Origin: Calditrichia bacterium
Lineage (GTDB): Bacteria; Calditrichota; Calditrichia; RBG-13-44-9
Assembly (NCBI GenBank): GCA_037381445.1
Contig: JARRQT010000102.1
Span: 1 to 21,457, forward strand
Length of the DNA stretch: 21,457 bases
Direction: 5' to 3'
Shown piece after piece: positions 1 through 8,603 of the stretch. Made by a program: the position numbers and the translations under genes. The notes below the pieces were generated by a model that searched no databases, had not been told where the DNA came from, and worked only from the letters and a program-made list of their open reading frames with translations. Within the stretch, counting starts at the first letter, position 1. Every line of letters starts with the position of its first letter.

Positions 1-1465
1 CCGCAGCGCCTGCTGTTTTTTTCAATCTTGACTATCCTTGTTTTCCTGCTGGCATGTGGAGGGCGGAATGGGGAAGATCATTCGGATTACATTCTGCGGG
101 TCGGTCTGTTTGACAATCCCACCAACCTTGATCCCCGAACATACAGCGATGTGGCGTCTTTCAAAATAATTGTGCAGGTGTATGATTTCCTGGTGAGATC
201 GGATTCAACCGGCAGCCCGCAGCCGGTCCTGGCGGAAAGCTGGGAAATCCCTTCCGATACCGTGTATATTTTTAAACTGCATCCCCATGTTTATTTTCAT
301 GACGGATACCCATTGACCGCTTCCGATGTCGCCTATACTTTTCAATCCATTCTCGATCCTGCGCTGAAGGCTCCCGCCCGAAAATCCTTTGAAATTATCA
401 ATAAAATTTCAGTTTTGGATTCACTGACACTGAAAATAAAACTTAAGCATCCCTACAGTCCTTTTTTATCGGATATTCAGGTTGGCATAGTGCCGCGCCA
501 TATTGTTGAGAATCATCCGACGGCCTTGCAGCGAAATCCGGTGGGCAGCGGACCTTTTAAATTCATCTCCTGCTACACGCATCCTCTCGCTTGAAAATGG
601 CGAAATAGATTTCCTGATGAACGAATTTCCGCTGAGTTTCTTACCGGAATTCCGGAAAATCCCTGGCTTGAAGGTAGAAATGAAAACCGGCTCAATCTAT
701 GTTTATCTGGGATTGAATTTGAGAAATCAATACCTGAAAAGCAAAAAAGTGCGACAGGCAATTGCATATGCTATTGATGTGGAAAGCATCATCAGCAATC
801 TGATGGAAGGTATCGATAAACCAGCCAATTCACTGCTGTATCCGGGTAACTGGGCCTATAATCCAGGTCTGCCATTTTATTCGTATGATACCGTCAAAGC
901 AGAACAGTTGCTGGACGAAGCCGGTTTTCCCGATCCTGACGGGAAAGGCGGTGCGCCCCGGTTCACCCTGGTGTATAAATGCACGGACAAGCAGCTCAGC
1001 CGCCAAAAGGCCCAGATCATTCAACAGTATCTGTCCGAGGTGGGCATTGCTATTGATATCCGGAGCTACGAATGGGGGACATTTTTTGATGACATTCAAA
1101 ACGGTCGCTTCGATATGTATTCCCTTACCTGGGTTGGCGTATACGAGCCGGACATGTTTTTTCATCTCTTCCATTCCAGCAATATCGGCGTTGGAGCCAA
1201 CCGGGGCGGTTATTCCAATCCAAAGGTAGACTACCTGATAGAATTGGCGCAGCGCAGCATGGACATAAACAAGCGACGGCAGTATTATTGGCAGATTCAG
1301 AAAATACTGAATGATGAATTGCCATATATAAGCCTTTGGTATGAAACCAATGTTGCCGTGATGAACAGAGATGTGTTTGGCTTCGAGATCGCCCCGGCGG
1401 CAGAATGGAATTCATTTCGCAAAACCTATTTCCGCTCGCCGGTCAGTTCTGATTCCGATCAGTAG
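1..1465 (+). pseudogene. Family-5 (DppA/OppA-like) ABC transporter solute-binding lipoprotein, split by an internal deletion and frameshift near 570; 5' end lies before the window
   Basis: Frame is open from base 1 (PQRLLFFSILTILVFLLAC, a lipobox). N-terminal motifs LDPR, LAESW, FHDG-PLTASDV and NPVGSGPFKF are in ORF 28..594. ATRILSLENGEID, KVRQAIAYAID, NRGGYSNPKVD and ELPYISLW continue in the +1 frame (503..1465). The usual linker between GPFKF and ATR is absent. Could be an assembly artefact. Confidence 0.8.
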
Positions 1466-1600
1466 AAATTGGCTTTTCCGGAAAATTTAATTTTTCTTTT
1501 GCATTTTAAATTCGAATCATGAATATTTGTGAGGAGTGTTAATCTGAATTGGTTTTTCCTGCACGGACGCATAAAATCCTGAATTTTTATTAAAAGAAAA

Positions 1601-3886
1601 ATGAGCCAAAAAATCAGGACAGACGCAAAATATTATCTTTCGGCGCTTGTCTATTTAGTGTTAATACTGGGCGCTTCGGAAGAGGTAATGGCAGAACTGA
1701 ATCTGCCGGAGAGAAAGGCAATAGCTGTCTTTACAACTAAGCCGCCGGCGATTGACGGAATGGTTGATGAGGTGTGGCTGAAGGCTCCGGCGAATAAGGG
1801 ATTTGTTCAGCGTGTTCCTGAGCAGGGAAGTCCGGCCACGACCGATACCCGCTTTTATATTTTATTTGATAAAAAGAACATCTATTTTCTTTTCTTCATG
1901 CTCGATCCGGAAACCTCCACAATTCCTGCCCGTCTGGTGGACCGGGACCACCGGTTCTACCCCGATGACAGTATCAATTTTTATCTGGATACATATAACG
2001 ATAACCGCAAAGCCTTCTATTTTTCTACCAATCCCAAAGGTGTGCAGCAGGACGGTCTGATCAGCGAAAATGGCGATAACATCGATATGAGCTGGGACTG
2101 CATTTATAAGGTCGGGTCCCGGGTTAACGGTCATGGCTGGGTTGCGGAATTTTCAATTCCTTATAATTCAATTCGCTTCAAAGATGATCTGAAATATCAG
2201 GTTTGGGGTTTCAATGCCTGGCGAATCCGCAAGAATAGCAGGGAAAATTCATACTGGTCGCTTGTGGATCAGAATTATCGCGAATTCAGGCTGGATAAAG
2301 GCGGCGTGCTTATCGGAATGAAAGATATCCGCGCCGGAAATAACCTGGACCTTTTGCCCTATGTTACCTCGCGGGTGGTCGGCACGGGTGCGAATCAAAA
2401 TGAGTGGGATTATAACAAAGGCCTGGATTTAAAATACGGATTGACTTCCGACCTGGCGCTGGATTTTACGCTCAATCCTGATTTCGGTCAGGTTGAGATT
2501 GATGAAGAGCAGATCAATCTGGACAAAAGATATGAAATCCAATTGGAAGAAAAACGGCCCTTCTTCCTCGAAAACAAGAACCTTTTCCAGACGCCGTTTT
2601 ATCAGCTTTTCTACAGCAGAAGGGTGGGACTGGAAAGCAATATAAAAGCGGGTGCGAAGGTAACCGGCAAGATCGGACCTTACTCTGTGGGTTTGATGGG
2701 GGCTTCCACCGGGGACTGGGAAAACTTCGGACTCGGAGATCCCAATACCGGCGCCACCGACGAGTTGTTTTCGGTGGTTCGCGTGCAGCGCGATGTAATG
2801 AGAAGCTCAAATGTGGGATTTATGGCAGTGGATCGGGAAGCAAATCTGGGAGGCAGGGATTTTCAGTATAACCGGGCTGGCGGTATGGATTGGTCGCTCT
2901 ATTCTGGTCAGAATTATTTCATCGGGCAGATGGTTTATTCCACCAACTCTTTGGGGAATAAGGCAGGCGCGGCGGGATACGGTTCGATGGGAAGATACGG
3001 CCGATTGTTTTACGTGGACCTGCATGCGATCTATTATGAACCGGACTTTGATATTAATAATACCGGTTTTTTTCAGAAATTGTCCGGAAAGGGGAAAAAA
3101 CAGTTCGGCCTGTATACCGAAATTCATCCCTTCATAAATTCCCGTTTTATCCGGCAGTGGGGTGCGAGCATTGCCCCTCTTTACATACAGGATTCGGATG
3201 AGACACAGCCGGGTTTCGGTGTGAAGAGCTCACTTTGGGTCACCGCACCGGACGAGTCGCGGTTCGAGGTTGGTTTCTCCCGCTACCGGGAAGTAGAGAC
3301 GAACTTTCTCACTTCACAGGATGAACTACGCTATTGGGGAAGTGATTTCTACGCTGAAGTGGAAACTGACGAGGGGAAGCCCATTTCTCTGGGAGTGCGC
3401 TGGAATTACGATTCCCAGTACTATTTCCAGACCCATAGTGTAGGAAATAATGAAGGATTTGAAGGAACGGTTACCTTTAAGCCCCTCTCCAACGCCTTCA
3501 TTGAATTGGGACACAAACGGCGCTGGTTCATGGACAAGGAGCGGCGGTTCATGCCTCTAAAACTGACCGGTCAGCCGGATGTCCGCATATGGACTATGCG
3601 CGCCAGATATCTGCTGACAAAAAATGTTTTTTCCCGGGTATTCCTGCAGTACACCAACGGCGCTGAGGAACCTTTCTGGACAACAAATGAATTGACCGGG
3701 GACTGGGTGCTTCTGTATGACGTGTGGGACAGGATCAGCGCCAATCTGCTTATCGGCTGGCGCTTCAAACCCGGCAGCACCATTTATCTTGCTTATACCG
3801 AGGAAAGAGACAAGCGAATTCAAAATTCATTCGACCTGAATAACCGGATATTGTTTCTCAAATTTTCGTACTGGTGGAGTTTATAG
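1601..3886 (+). CDS. DUF5916-like outer-membrane protein with N-terminal CBM9-like domain
   Basis: N-terminal signal-like hydrophobic stretch. CBM9-like motifs PPAIDGMVDEVW, DDSINFYLDT and GWVAEFSIPY. Family motifs LDFTLNPDFGQVE and EKRPFFLE...LFYSRRVG. Barrel-like C-terminus ending FLKFSYWWSL. Confidence 0.8.
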   Translation: MSQKIRTDAKYYLSALVYLVLILGASEEVMAELNLPERKAIAVFTTKPPAIDGMVDEVWLKAPANKGFVQRVPEQGSPATTDTRFYILFDKKNIYFLFFMLDPETSTIPARLVDRDHRFYPDDSINFYLDTYNDNRKAFYFSTNPKGVQQDGLISENGDNIDMSWDCIYKVGSRVNGHGWVAEFSIPYNSIRFKDDLKYQVWGFNAWRIRKNSRENSYWSLVDQNYREFRLDKGGVLIGMKDIRAGNNLDLLPYVTSRVVGTGANQNEWDYNKGLDLKYGLTSDLALDFTLNPDFGQVEIDEEQINLDKRYEIQLEEKRPFFLENKNLFQTPFYQLFYSRRVGLESNIKAGAKVTGKIGPYSVGLMGASTGDWENFGLGDPNTGATDELFSVVRVQRDVMRSSNVGFMAVDREANLGGRDFQYNRAGGMDWSLYSGQNYFIGQMVYSTNSLGNKAGAAGYGSMGRYGRLFYVDLHAIYYEPDFDINNTGFFQKLSGKGKKQFGLYTEIHPFINSRFIRQWGASIAPLYIQDSDETQPGFGVKSSLWVTAPDESRFEVGFSRYREVETNFLTSQDELRYWGSDFYAEVETDEGKPISLGVRWNYDSQYYFQTHSVGNNEGFEGTVTFKPLSNAFIELGHKRRWFMDKERRFMPLKLTGQPDVRIWTMRARYLLTKNVFSRVFLQYTNGAEEPFWTTNELTGDWVLLYDVWDRISANLLIGWRFKPGSTIYLAYTEERDKRIQNSFDLNNRILFLKFSYWWSL

Positions 3887-4530
3887 TGGCTGTATTAGAA
3901 GATGTTGATATTGCGCAGGGAATTCCCCCCCGCCTGGAATTCGAACATCTGATTTGGAGTAAAGGATATGCAAATATCGCCGGGATAGACGAGGCCGGCT
4001 GCGGTCCGCTGGCAGGGCCGGTCGTGGCGGCGGCAGCAGTATTTCCAGCTTATTTCTACATTCCTGACATCAGGGATTCAAAAAAACTGTCCGCCAGGCA
4101 GCGGGAAACATTCTTTCCGCAAATAATCGAATCTGCTCTGTCCTATGGCATTGGGATTGTTCATCACCAGGAAGTTGACCGCATTAATATCCGGCAGGCC
4201 ACCTTCAAAGCCATGAAAATGGCATTAGGCAGCCTTAAACTTAAACCGGATTATCTCCTGATAGACGGATATGAATTGCCAAATAGTATTTACCAGCAGG
4301 AAGCAGTCGTAGACGGGGACGACCATTGTTTTACGATTGCCGCTGCATCTATCCTGGCCAAAGTTACCCGTGACCGACTGATGGTGGATTATCATGCGCA
4401 ATATCCCCAATATGGATTTGACCGTCACAAGGGATATGGCACAAAACTGCACCGGGAGATGATTAAAAAATATGGACCCTGTCCAATCCACCGTCAGACT
4501 TTTATCCGAAAGATTGTGGAGAGTGGTTAA
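3886..4530 (+). CDS. rnhB: Ribonuclease HII
   Basis: Motifs AGIDEAGCGPLAGPVVAAA, RDSKKLS, LLIDG, IAAASILAKVTRD, HKGYGT and HRQTF. Likely GTG start at 3886 overlaps the upstream TAG, with GGAG at 3876-3879. Confidence 0.95.
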   Translation: MAVLEDVDIAQGIPPRLEFEHLIWSKGYANIAGIDEAGCGPLAGPVVAAAAVFPAYFYIPDIRDSKKLSARQRETFFPQIIESALSYGIGIVHHQEVDRINIRQATFKAMKMALGSLKLKPDYLLIDGYELPNSIYQQEAVVDGDDHCFTIAAASILAKVTRDRLMVDYHAQYPQYGFDRHKGYGTKLHREMIKKYGPCPIHRQTFIRKIVESG

Positions 4531-4562
4531 AAAAGGATCGAAAACATTAGAATTTAATGCGT

Positions 4563-4591
4563 ACCGGCGGAAATAGCCTGCCGGTTTTTTT
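4563..4591 (+). terminator. Rho-independent terminator after rnhB
   Basis: ACCGGCGG-loop-CTGCCGGT stem followed by a T run. Confidence 0.85.
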
Positions 4592-4751
4592 ATGGCAATG
4601 AGGGGACACGATATTTACTTAGCCATATCCCCCCGGCATCAAAGGAAGTAAATCCAAATGTGGTATATAAATGCAATAATATTAATAGGATGGCGTAGTT
4701 GGAAATGAATCAAAAATTCTAAAAGGTAGTGATCAGCAACAGAAATTCTTC

Positions 4752-4780
4752 TTGACAAATAACCCTTAATGCTATAATTT
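4752..4780 (+). promoter_or_regulatory. Sigma70-type promoter of rpoN
   Basis: TTGACA (4752-4757), 17 nt, then TAATTT (4775-4780); overlaps an extended -10 TGcTATAAT (4770-4778). Confidence 0.75.
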
Positions 4781-4783
4781 AAC

Positions 4784-4800
4784 TACAGAAATTGTGCCAA
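4784..4800 (-). promoter_or_regulatory. Putative sigma54 (-24/-12) binding site, inverted, overlapping the predicted rpoN transcription start
   Basis: Minus strand reads TTGGCACAATTTCTGTA against consensus YTGGCACRNNNNTTGCW, i.e. GG-N10-GT. Confidence 0.6.
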
Positions 4801-4831
4801 AAGGAAACTGAAATAGGAAGGTACGCGGTAT

Positions 4832-6301
4832 ATGGTAAAACTGAGTCAACATCTTTCGCTTGAACAACGGCTAACGCCCCAGCAGATCCTGTTATCAACG
4901 CTGCTGCAGCTTCCCATGTTGAGTCTCGAGCAAAAGATCAAAACTGAAATGGAACTGAATCCTGTGCTGGAAGAGGCCGAGGAGCTGGAAGATCTCCAGG
5001 AGGAAGATGAAGTCATTGATGAGAACAGGGAAGAGGTCGAAGAAATTCAGGAGGAATTTGATCAGTTAGTCGAAAATAATAAAACCGAAGAGGAAGAAAA
5101 ATACGAGGAGCTGGAAGAGGAAACCAACTGGGAAGAGCTGGTAAATGATGAAGACAACTACGAATTTAAGCTCCCCAGGGACAAAAATGAGGAAGACTAT
5201 GACCGGCCCGAAGTGTCGGAAGTCACCATGGCGGAGCATCTTCTTGAACAGCTGCACATGCTGCATTTGAATGAAGATGATTTCCGGATCGGGGAATATA
5301 TCATCTACAACCTGCGTGATGACGGTTACCTGGATATGGATGTCACGGTGGAGGGAATTGCCCAGGTGTTCACCAGAAAACCGGAAGAAGTCCTGAAGAT
5401 ACTCAAAGAGATTCAGAAATTTGATCCGGTTGGAATCGCTGCCAGAAACTTGCAGGAATGTCTGCTGGTTCAGTTGCAGGTATTGGATTTGAACGGGAAA
5501 AAAGAGCTGGCAGTCAGAATTTTAAAAGATGCCTATAATGATTTCGTAAACAAACGTTATGAAAAAATTTCCGAGGCGCTGCAGGTATCAATTGATGAAA
5601 TCAAGGAAGCTCTGCTGGTCATCAATAAGCTGAATCCCAAACCGGGAGAAGGATACTGGGACAGCCGGCAGAATTATATCGTCCCGGATTTCACTGTTGA
5701 AAAAGTTGACGATGAATTAGTGGTTTCGCTGAACGAATGGAATATGCCAGGTCTGCAGATCAGTCCCCATTACCGAAAATTAATAGGAAAAGCCCGAAAG
5801 CTGGATAAGGATGTCAGGCAGTTCCTGCGGAAAAAGGTGGAAAGTGCCAAATGGTTCATCAATGCCATCCATCAACGGCGGGTGACCATGCTGAAAACGA
5901 TGAATGCCATCGTGGATCTGCAGCACGACTTTTTTGACAAAGGCCCCGAATTTATTAAACCTATGATTATGAAAGATGTGGCAAACGTTATTGGAATGGA
6001 TATCTCCACGGTGAGCCGGGTGGTAAATGGAAAGTATGTCCAGACCGACTATGGTGTTTTCGAATTGAAGCACTTTTTTAATGAAGGCATGGAAACCACC
6101 GATGGCGAAGAAATATCGACGCTTCGAATAAAGGACCAGTTGAAGGCAATTATTGAAACCGAAAATCCCGATAAGCCTTATAGCGATGATAAGCTGGCTG
6201 TCCTTCTAAAGAAGAAAGGTGTTCCCATTGCCAGGCGGACAGTCGCCAAATACCGCGAGCAACTGGATATACCCATTGCGCGGTTGCGGCGAAAAATATA
6301 G
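4832..6301 (+). CDS. rpoN: RNA polymerase sigma-54 factor
   Basis: Leu/Gln-rich region I (LTPQQILLSTLLQLP), acidic region II, FDPVGIAARNLQECLLVQL, HTH ISTVSR and RpoN box ARRTVAKYRE. Confidence 0.98.
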   Translation: MVKLSQHLSLEQRLTPQQILLSTLLQLPMLSLEQKIKTEMELNPVLEEAEELEDLQEEDEVIDENREEVEEIQEEFDQLVENNKTEEEEKYEELEEETNWEELVNDEDNYEFKLPRDKNEEDYDRPEVSEVTMAEHLLEQLHMLHLNEDDFRIGEYIIYNLRDDGYLDMDVTVEGIAQVFTRKPEEVLKILKEIQKFDPVGIAARNLQECLLVQLQVLDLNGKKELAVRILKDAYNDFVNKRYEKISEALQVSIDEIKEALLVINKLNPKPGEGYWDSRQNYIVPDFTVEKVDDELVVSLNEWNMPGLQISPHYRKLIGKARKLDKDVRQFLRKKVESAKWFINAIHQRRVTMLKTMNAIVDLQHDFFDKGPEFIKPMIMKDVANVIGMDISTVSRVVNGKYVQTDYGVFELKHFFNEGMETTDGEEISTLRIKDQLKAIIETENPDKPYSDDKLAVLLKKKGVPIARRTVAKYREQLDIPIARLRRKI

Positions 6302-6324
6302 TGACTTAAGCATTTCTCAAATGA

Positions 6325-6361
6325 TAAAATACCCCGGAAGTATTACATTCGGGGTATTTTA
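6325..6361 (+). terminator. Terminator after rpoN (potentially bidirectional)
   Basis: Perfect 12-bp inverted repeat TAAAATACCCCG / CGGGGTATTTTA with A and T tails. Confidence 0.8.
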
Positions 6362-6473
6362 ATATAATTCCAGCATGATTAAACTTTTCAGAATATCAGT
6401 TGTTAAACCATCTGATTATTTAAGAATTGATTTCGGGCGGATGATCTTTAATAAGCTCTTTTTCAGTGAATAT

Positions 6474-6502
6474 TTGGTATCTATTACAAAAATTCTTAAA
6501 TT
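6474..6502 (+). promoter_or_regulatory. Putative sigma70-type promoter of hslVU
   Basis: TTGGTA-N17-TAAATT; same -10 hexamer as the yceD promoter. Confidence 0.45.
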
Positions 6503-6537
6503 AAACGATGTTAAATAATAAAATGCGGAAAGATCGA

Positions 6538-7086
6538 ATGGAAAACCGAAAGACTAAAATTCACAGCACCACGATTCTGGGTCTTTTGCACAAAGGACAG
6601 GCCGCCATCGCCGGTGATGGACAGGTGACATTTGGCAATACCATCATGAAGCACAGCAGCCGGAAAATCCGGCGGCTATACAACGACCAGATCCTTGCCG
6701 GATTCGCCGGTGCAGCCGCAGACGCCTTCACCCTGTTTGAACGATTTGAGGAAAAATTGCAGCAATATAACGGAAACTTAACCCGTTCGGCCGTTGAGCT
6801 GGCCAAGGACTGGCGAACGGACCGGTTTCTGCGCCGGCTGGAAGCGATGCTGGCGGTTGTGGACAAAAATACATCATTGATCATTTCCGGAACCGGCGAT
6901 GTTGTGGAACCTGATGACAAAATCGTGGCAATTGGTAGCGGGGGGCCCTATGCATTGGCAGCAGCCCGGGCATTAATCAGAAACACCGACATGTCTGCCC
7001 GGGAAGTTGTGGAGAACTCAATGAAAATTGCATCCGATATCTGCATTTATACAAATTCAAACATTTCCATTGAAATTCTGGAATAG
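6538..7086 (+). CDS. hslV: ATP-dependent protease subunit HslV
   Basis: HS-TTI N-terminal nucleophile, [37 protein letters not shown] and ICIYTN. The start is uncertain (ATG at 6508, 6523 or 6538). Confidence 0.97.
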   Translation: MENRKTKIHSTTILGLLHKGQAAIAGDGQVTFGNTIMKHSSRKIRRLYNDQILAGFAGAAADAFTLFERFEEKLQQYNGNLTRSAVELAKDWRTDRFLRRLEAMLAVVDKNTSLIISGTGDVVEPDDKIVAIGSGGPYALAAARALIRNTDMSAREVVENSMKIASDICIYTNSNISIEILE

Positions 7087-7111
7087 AAAGGCGATTGCTG
7101 GAGGTTAACTT

Positions 7112-8509
7112 ATGAAAAAAGAATTGCACGAACTTACGCCTAAACAGATTGTAACCGAATTAAATAAATATATTATTGGTCAGAATTCAGCCAAACGCAT
7201 GGTATCCATTGCTCTGCGCAACCGCTGGCGTCGGCAGCAGGTGGAGTCGGACATCCGTGAAGAGATTATGCCCAATAATATTATCCTTATCGGCCCCACC
7301 GGGGTTGGTAAAACGGAAATCAGCCGCCGGCTGGCCAAACTGGCGCAAGCCCCTTTCATAAAAGTGGAGGCTTCCAAGTTTACGGAAGTCGGGTATGTGG
7401 GAAGAGATGTGGACAGTATGATCCGGGACCTGGTGGATATTGGGGTGAATATGGTGCGTGAAGAGATGACACTTGCGGTGCAGGACAAGGCGCGCCAGAT
7501 GGCCGTGGAAAGACTGCTGGACCTCCTGGTGCCCAAGCCCAAAATGCCGCCTTCACCGCCCCCGCCAACATCTTCGGAGTATGGCGAACAGGCTGTTCCG
7601 GTGGAATCACATGAGGCCCGCTATGAGAAAACCCGCGAACGGTTCCGGGAAAAGCTGCTTTCCGGCGAACTGGACAAGCGCGAGGTGGAGCTGGATATGC
7701 AGGCCGAGTCCACCCCTATGATGCAGATTTTTTCTCCGGCGGGCATCGAAGAAATGGGCCTGAATATGCGGGAATTATTTGGGAACATCATGCCCAAAAA
7801 GACCAAAAAGCGCAAAGTTAAAGTTGAAGAAGCAATGGTAATTCTTACCCAGGAAGAAGCGCAGAAGCTGATCGACATGGATGCGGTTATCAAAGAAGCC
7901 ACCCGCCGGGTTGAAGAGGCCGGCATCGTATTTCTGGATGAAATCGATAAGATCTCCGGCAACAAGGGCAGCGGCGGTCAGGGACCGGATGTCAGCCGGG
8001 AAGGGGTGCAGCGGGATCTGCTTCCTGTAGTGGAGGGCACTACGGTCATCACCAAATACGGGCCGGTAAAAACCGATCATATTCTATTTGTCGCTTCCGG
8101 CGCCTTTCATGTGGCGAAACCATCGGATCTGATTCCCGAATTGCAGGGCCGCTTTCCCATTCGCGTGGAATTGAACAGTCTTACTTCCGAGGATTTTATC
8201 AGAATCCTGACCGAGCCGGAGAATGCGCTGATGAAGCAGTATCATGCGCTGCTTTCCACAGAGGGAATTGAACTGAAATTTACCGAAGATGCCATTAGGG
8301 AAATTGCGGAAACCGCCACCTTCGTGAATACCAAATCGGAGAACATCGGTGCCCGACGGCTGCATACCATCATGAGCACCATTCTGGAGGATCTGCTTTT
8401 TGAAGCCTCGGACATGGGCGAGCAAACCGTGGAGATCGATGGTAAATTTGTGCGCGACAAATTGAAAAACATTGTGGAAGATGAGGATTTAAGGCGGTAT
8501 ATTCTGTAG
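7112..8509 (+). CDS. hslU: ATP-dependent protease ATPase subunit HslU
   Basis: Walker [19 protein letters not shown], Walker [27 protein letters not shown] and C-terminal DLRRYIL; GGAGG SD. Confidence 0.98.
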   Translation: MKKELHELTPKQIVTELNKYIIGQNSAKRMVSIALRNRWRRQQVESDIREEIMPNNIILIGPTGVGKTEISRRLAKLAQAPFIKVEASKFTEVGYVGRDVDSMIRDLVDIGVNMVREEMTLAVQDKARQMAVERLLDLLVPKPKMPPSPPPPTSSEYGEQAVPVESHEARYEKTRERFREKLLSGELDKREVELDMQAESTPMMQIFSPAGIEEMGLNMRELFGNIMPKKTKKRKVKVEEAMVILTQEEAQKLIDMDAVIKEATRRVEEAGIVFLDEIDKISGNKGSGGQGPDVSREGVQRDLLPVVEGTTVITKYGPVKTDHILFVASGAFHVAKPSDLIPELQGRFPIRVELNSLTSEDFIRILTEPENALMKQYHALLSTEGIELKFTEDAIREIAETATFVNTKSENIGARRLHTIMSTILEDLLFEASDMGEQTVEIDGKFVRDKLKNIVEDEDLRRYIL

Positions 8510-8603
8510 GTTGTCTGTTAGTTTATAAAAATGGCAAATAATAAGTCTCAGTGCAAATACCATATCTTAAGTTTGAAAGTGAATCTTATAAACGGAGGCT
8601 CCT

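Noticed and set aside
503..594. Programmed +1 frameshift or two genuine overlapping genes (also considered for 11305-11405)
   Set aside because: No slippery site at either junction, and rejoining the frames still leaves a conserved segment missing.
1474..1485. Palindrome TTTTCCGGAAAA after the solute-binding gene, as an operator or terminator
   Set aside because: TCCGGA-centred palindromes are frequent throughout the window, including within CDSs, and the stem is too weak for a terminator.
4661..4675. TGGTATATAAATGCA as a + strand sigma54 promoter
   Set aside because: GG to GC spacing is 9 nt, not the required 10.
8575..8595. ARG-box-like sequence upstream of argF (GTGAATCTTATAAAC)
   Set aside because: Only the left half-site matches and there is no tandem box.
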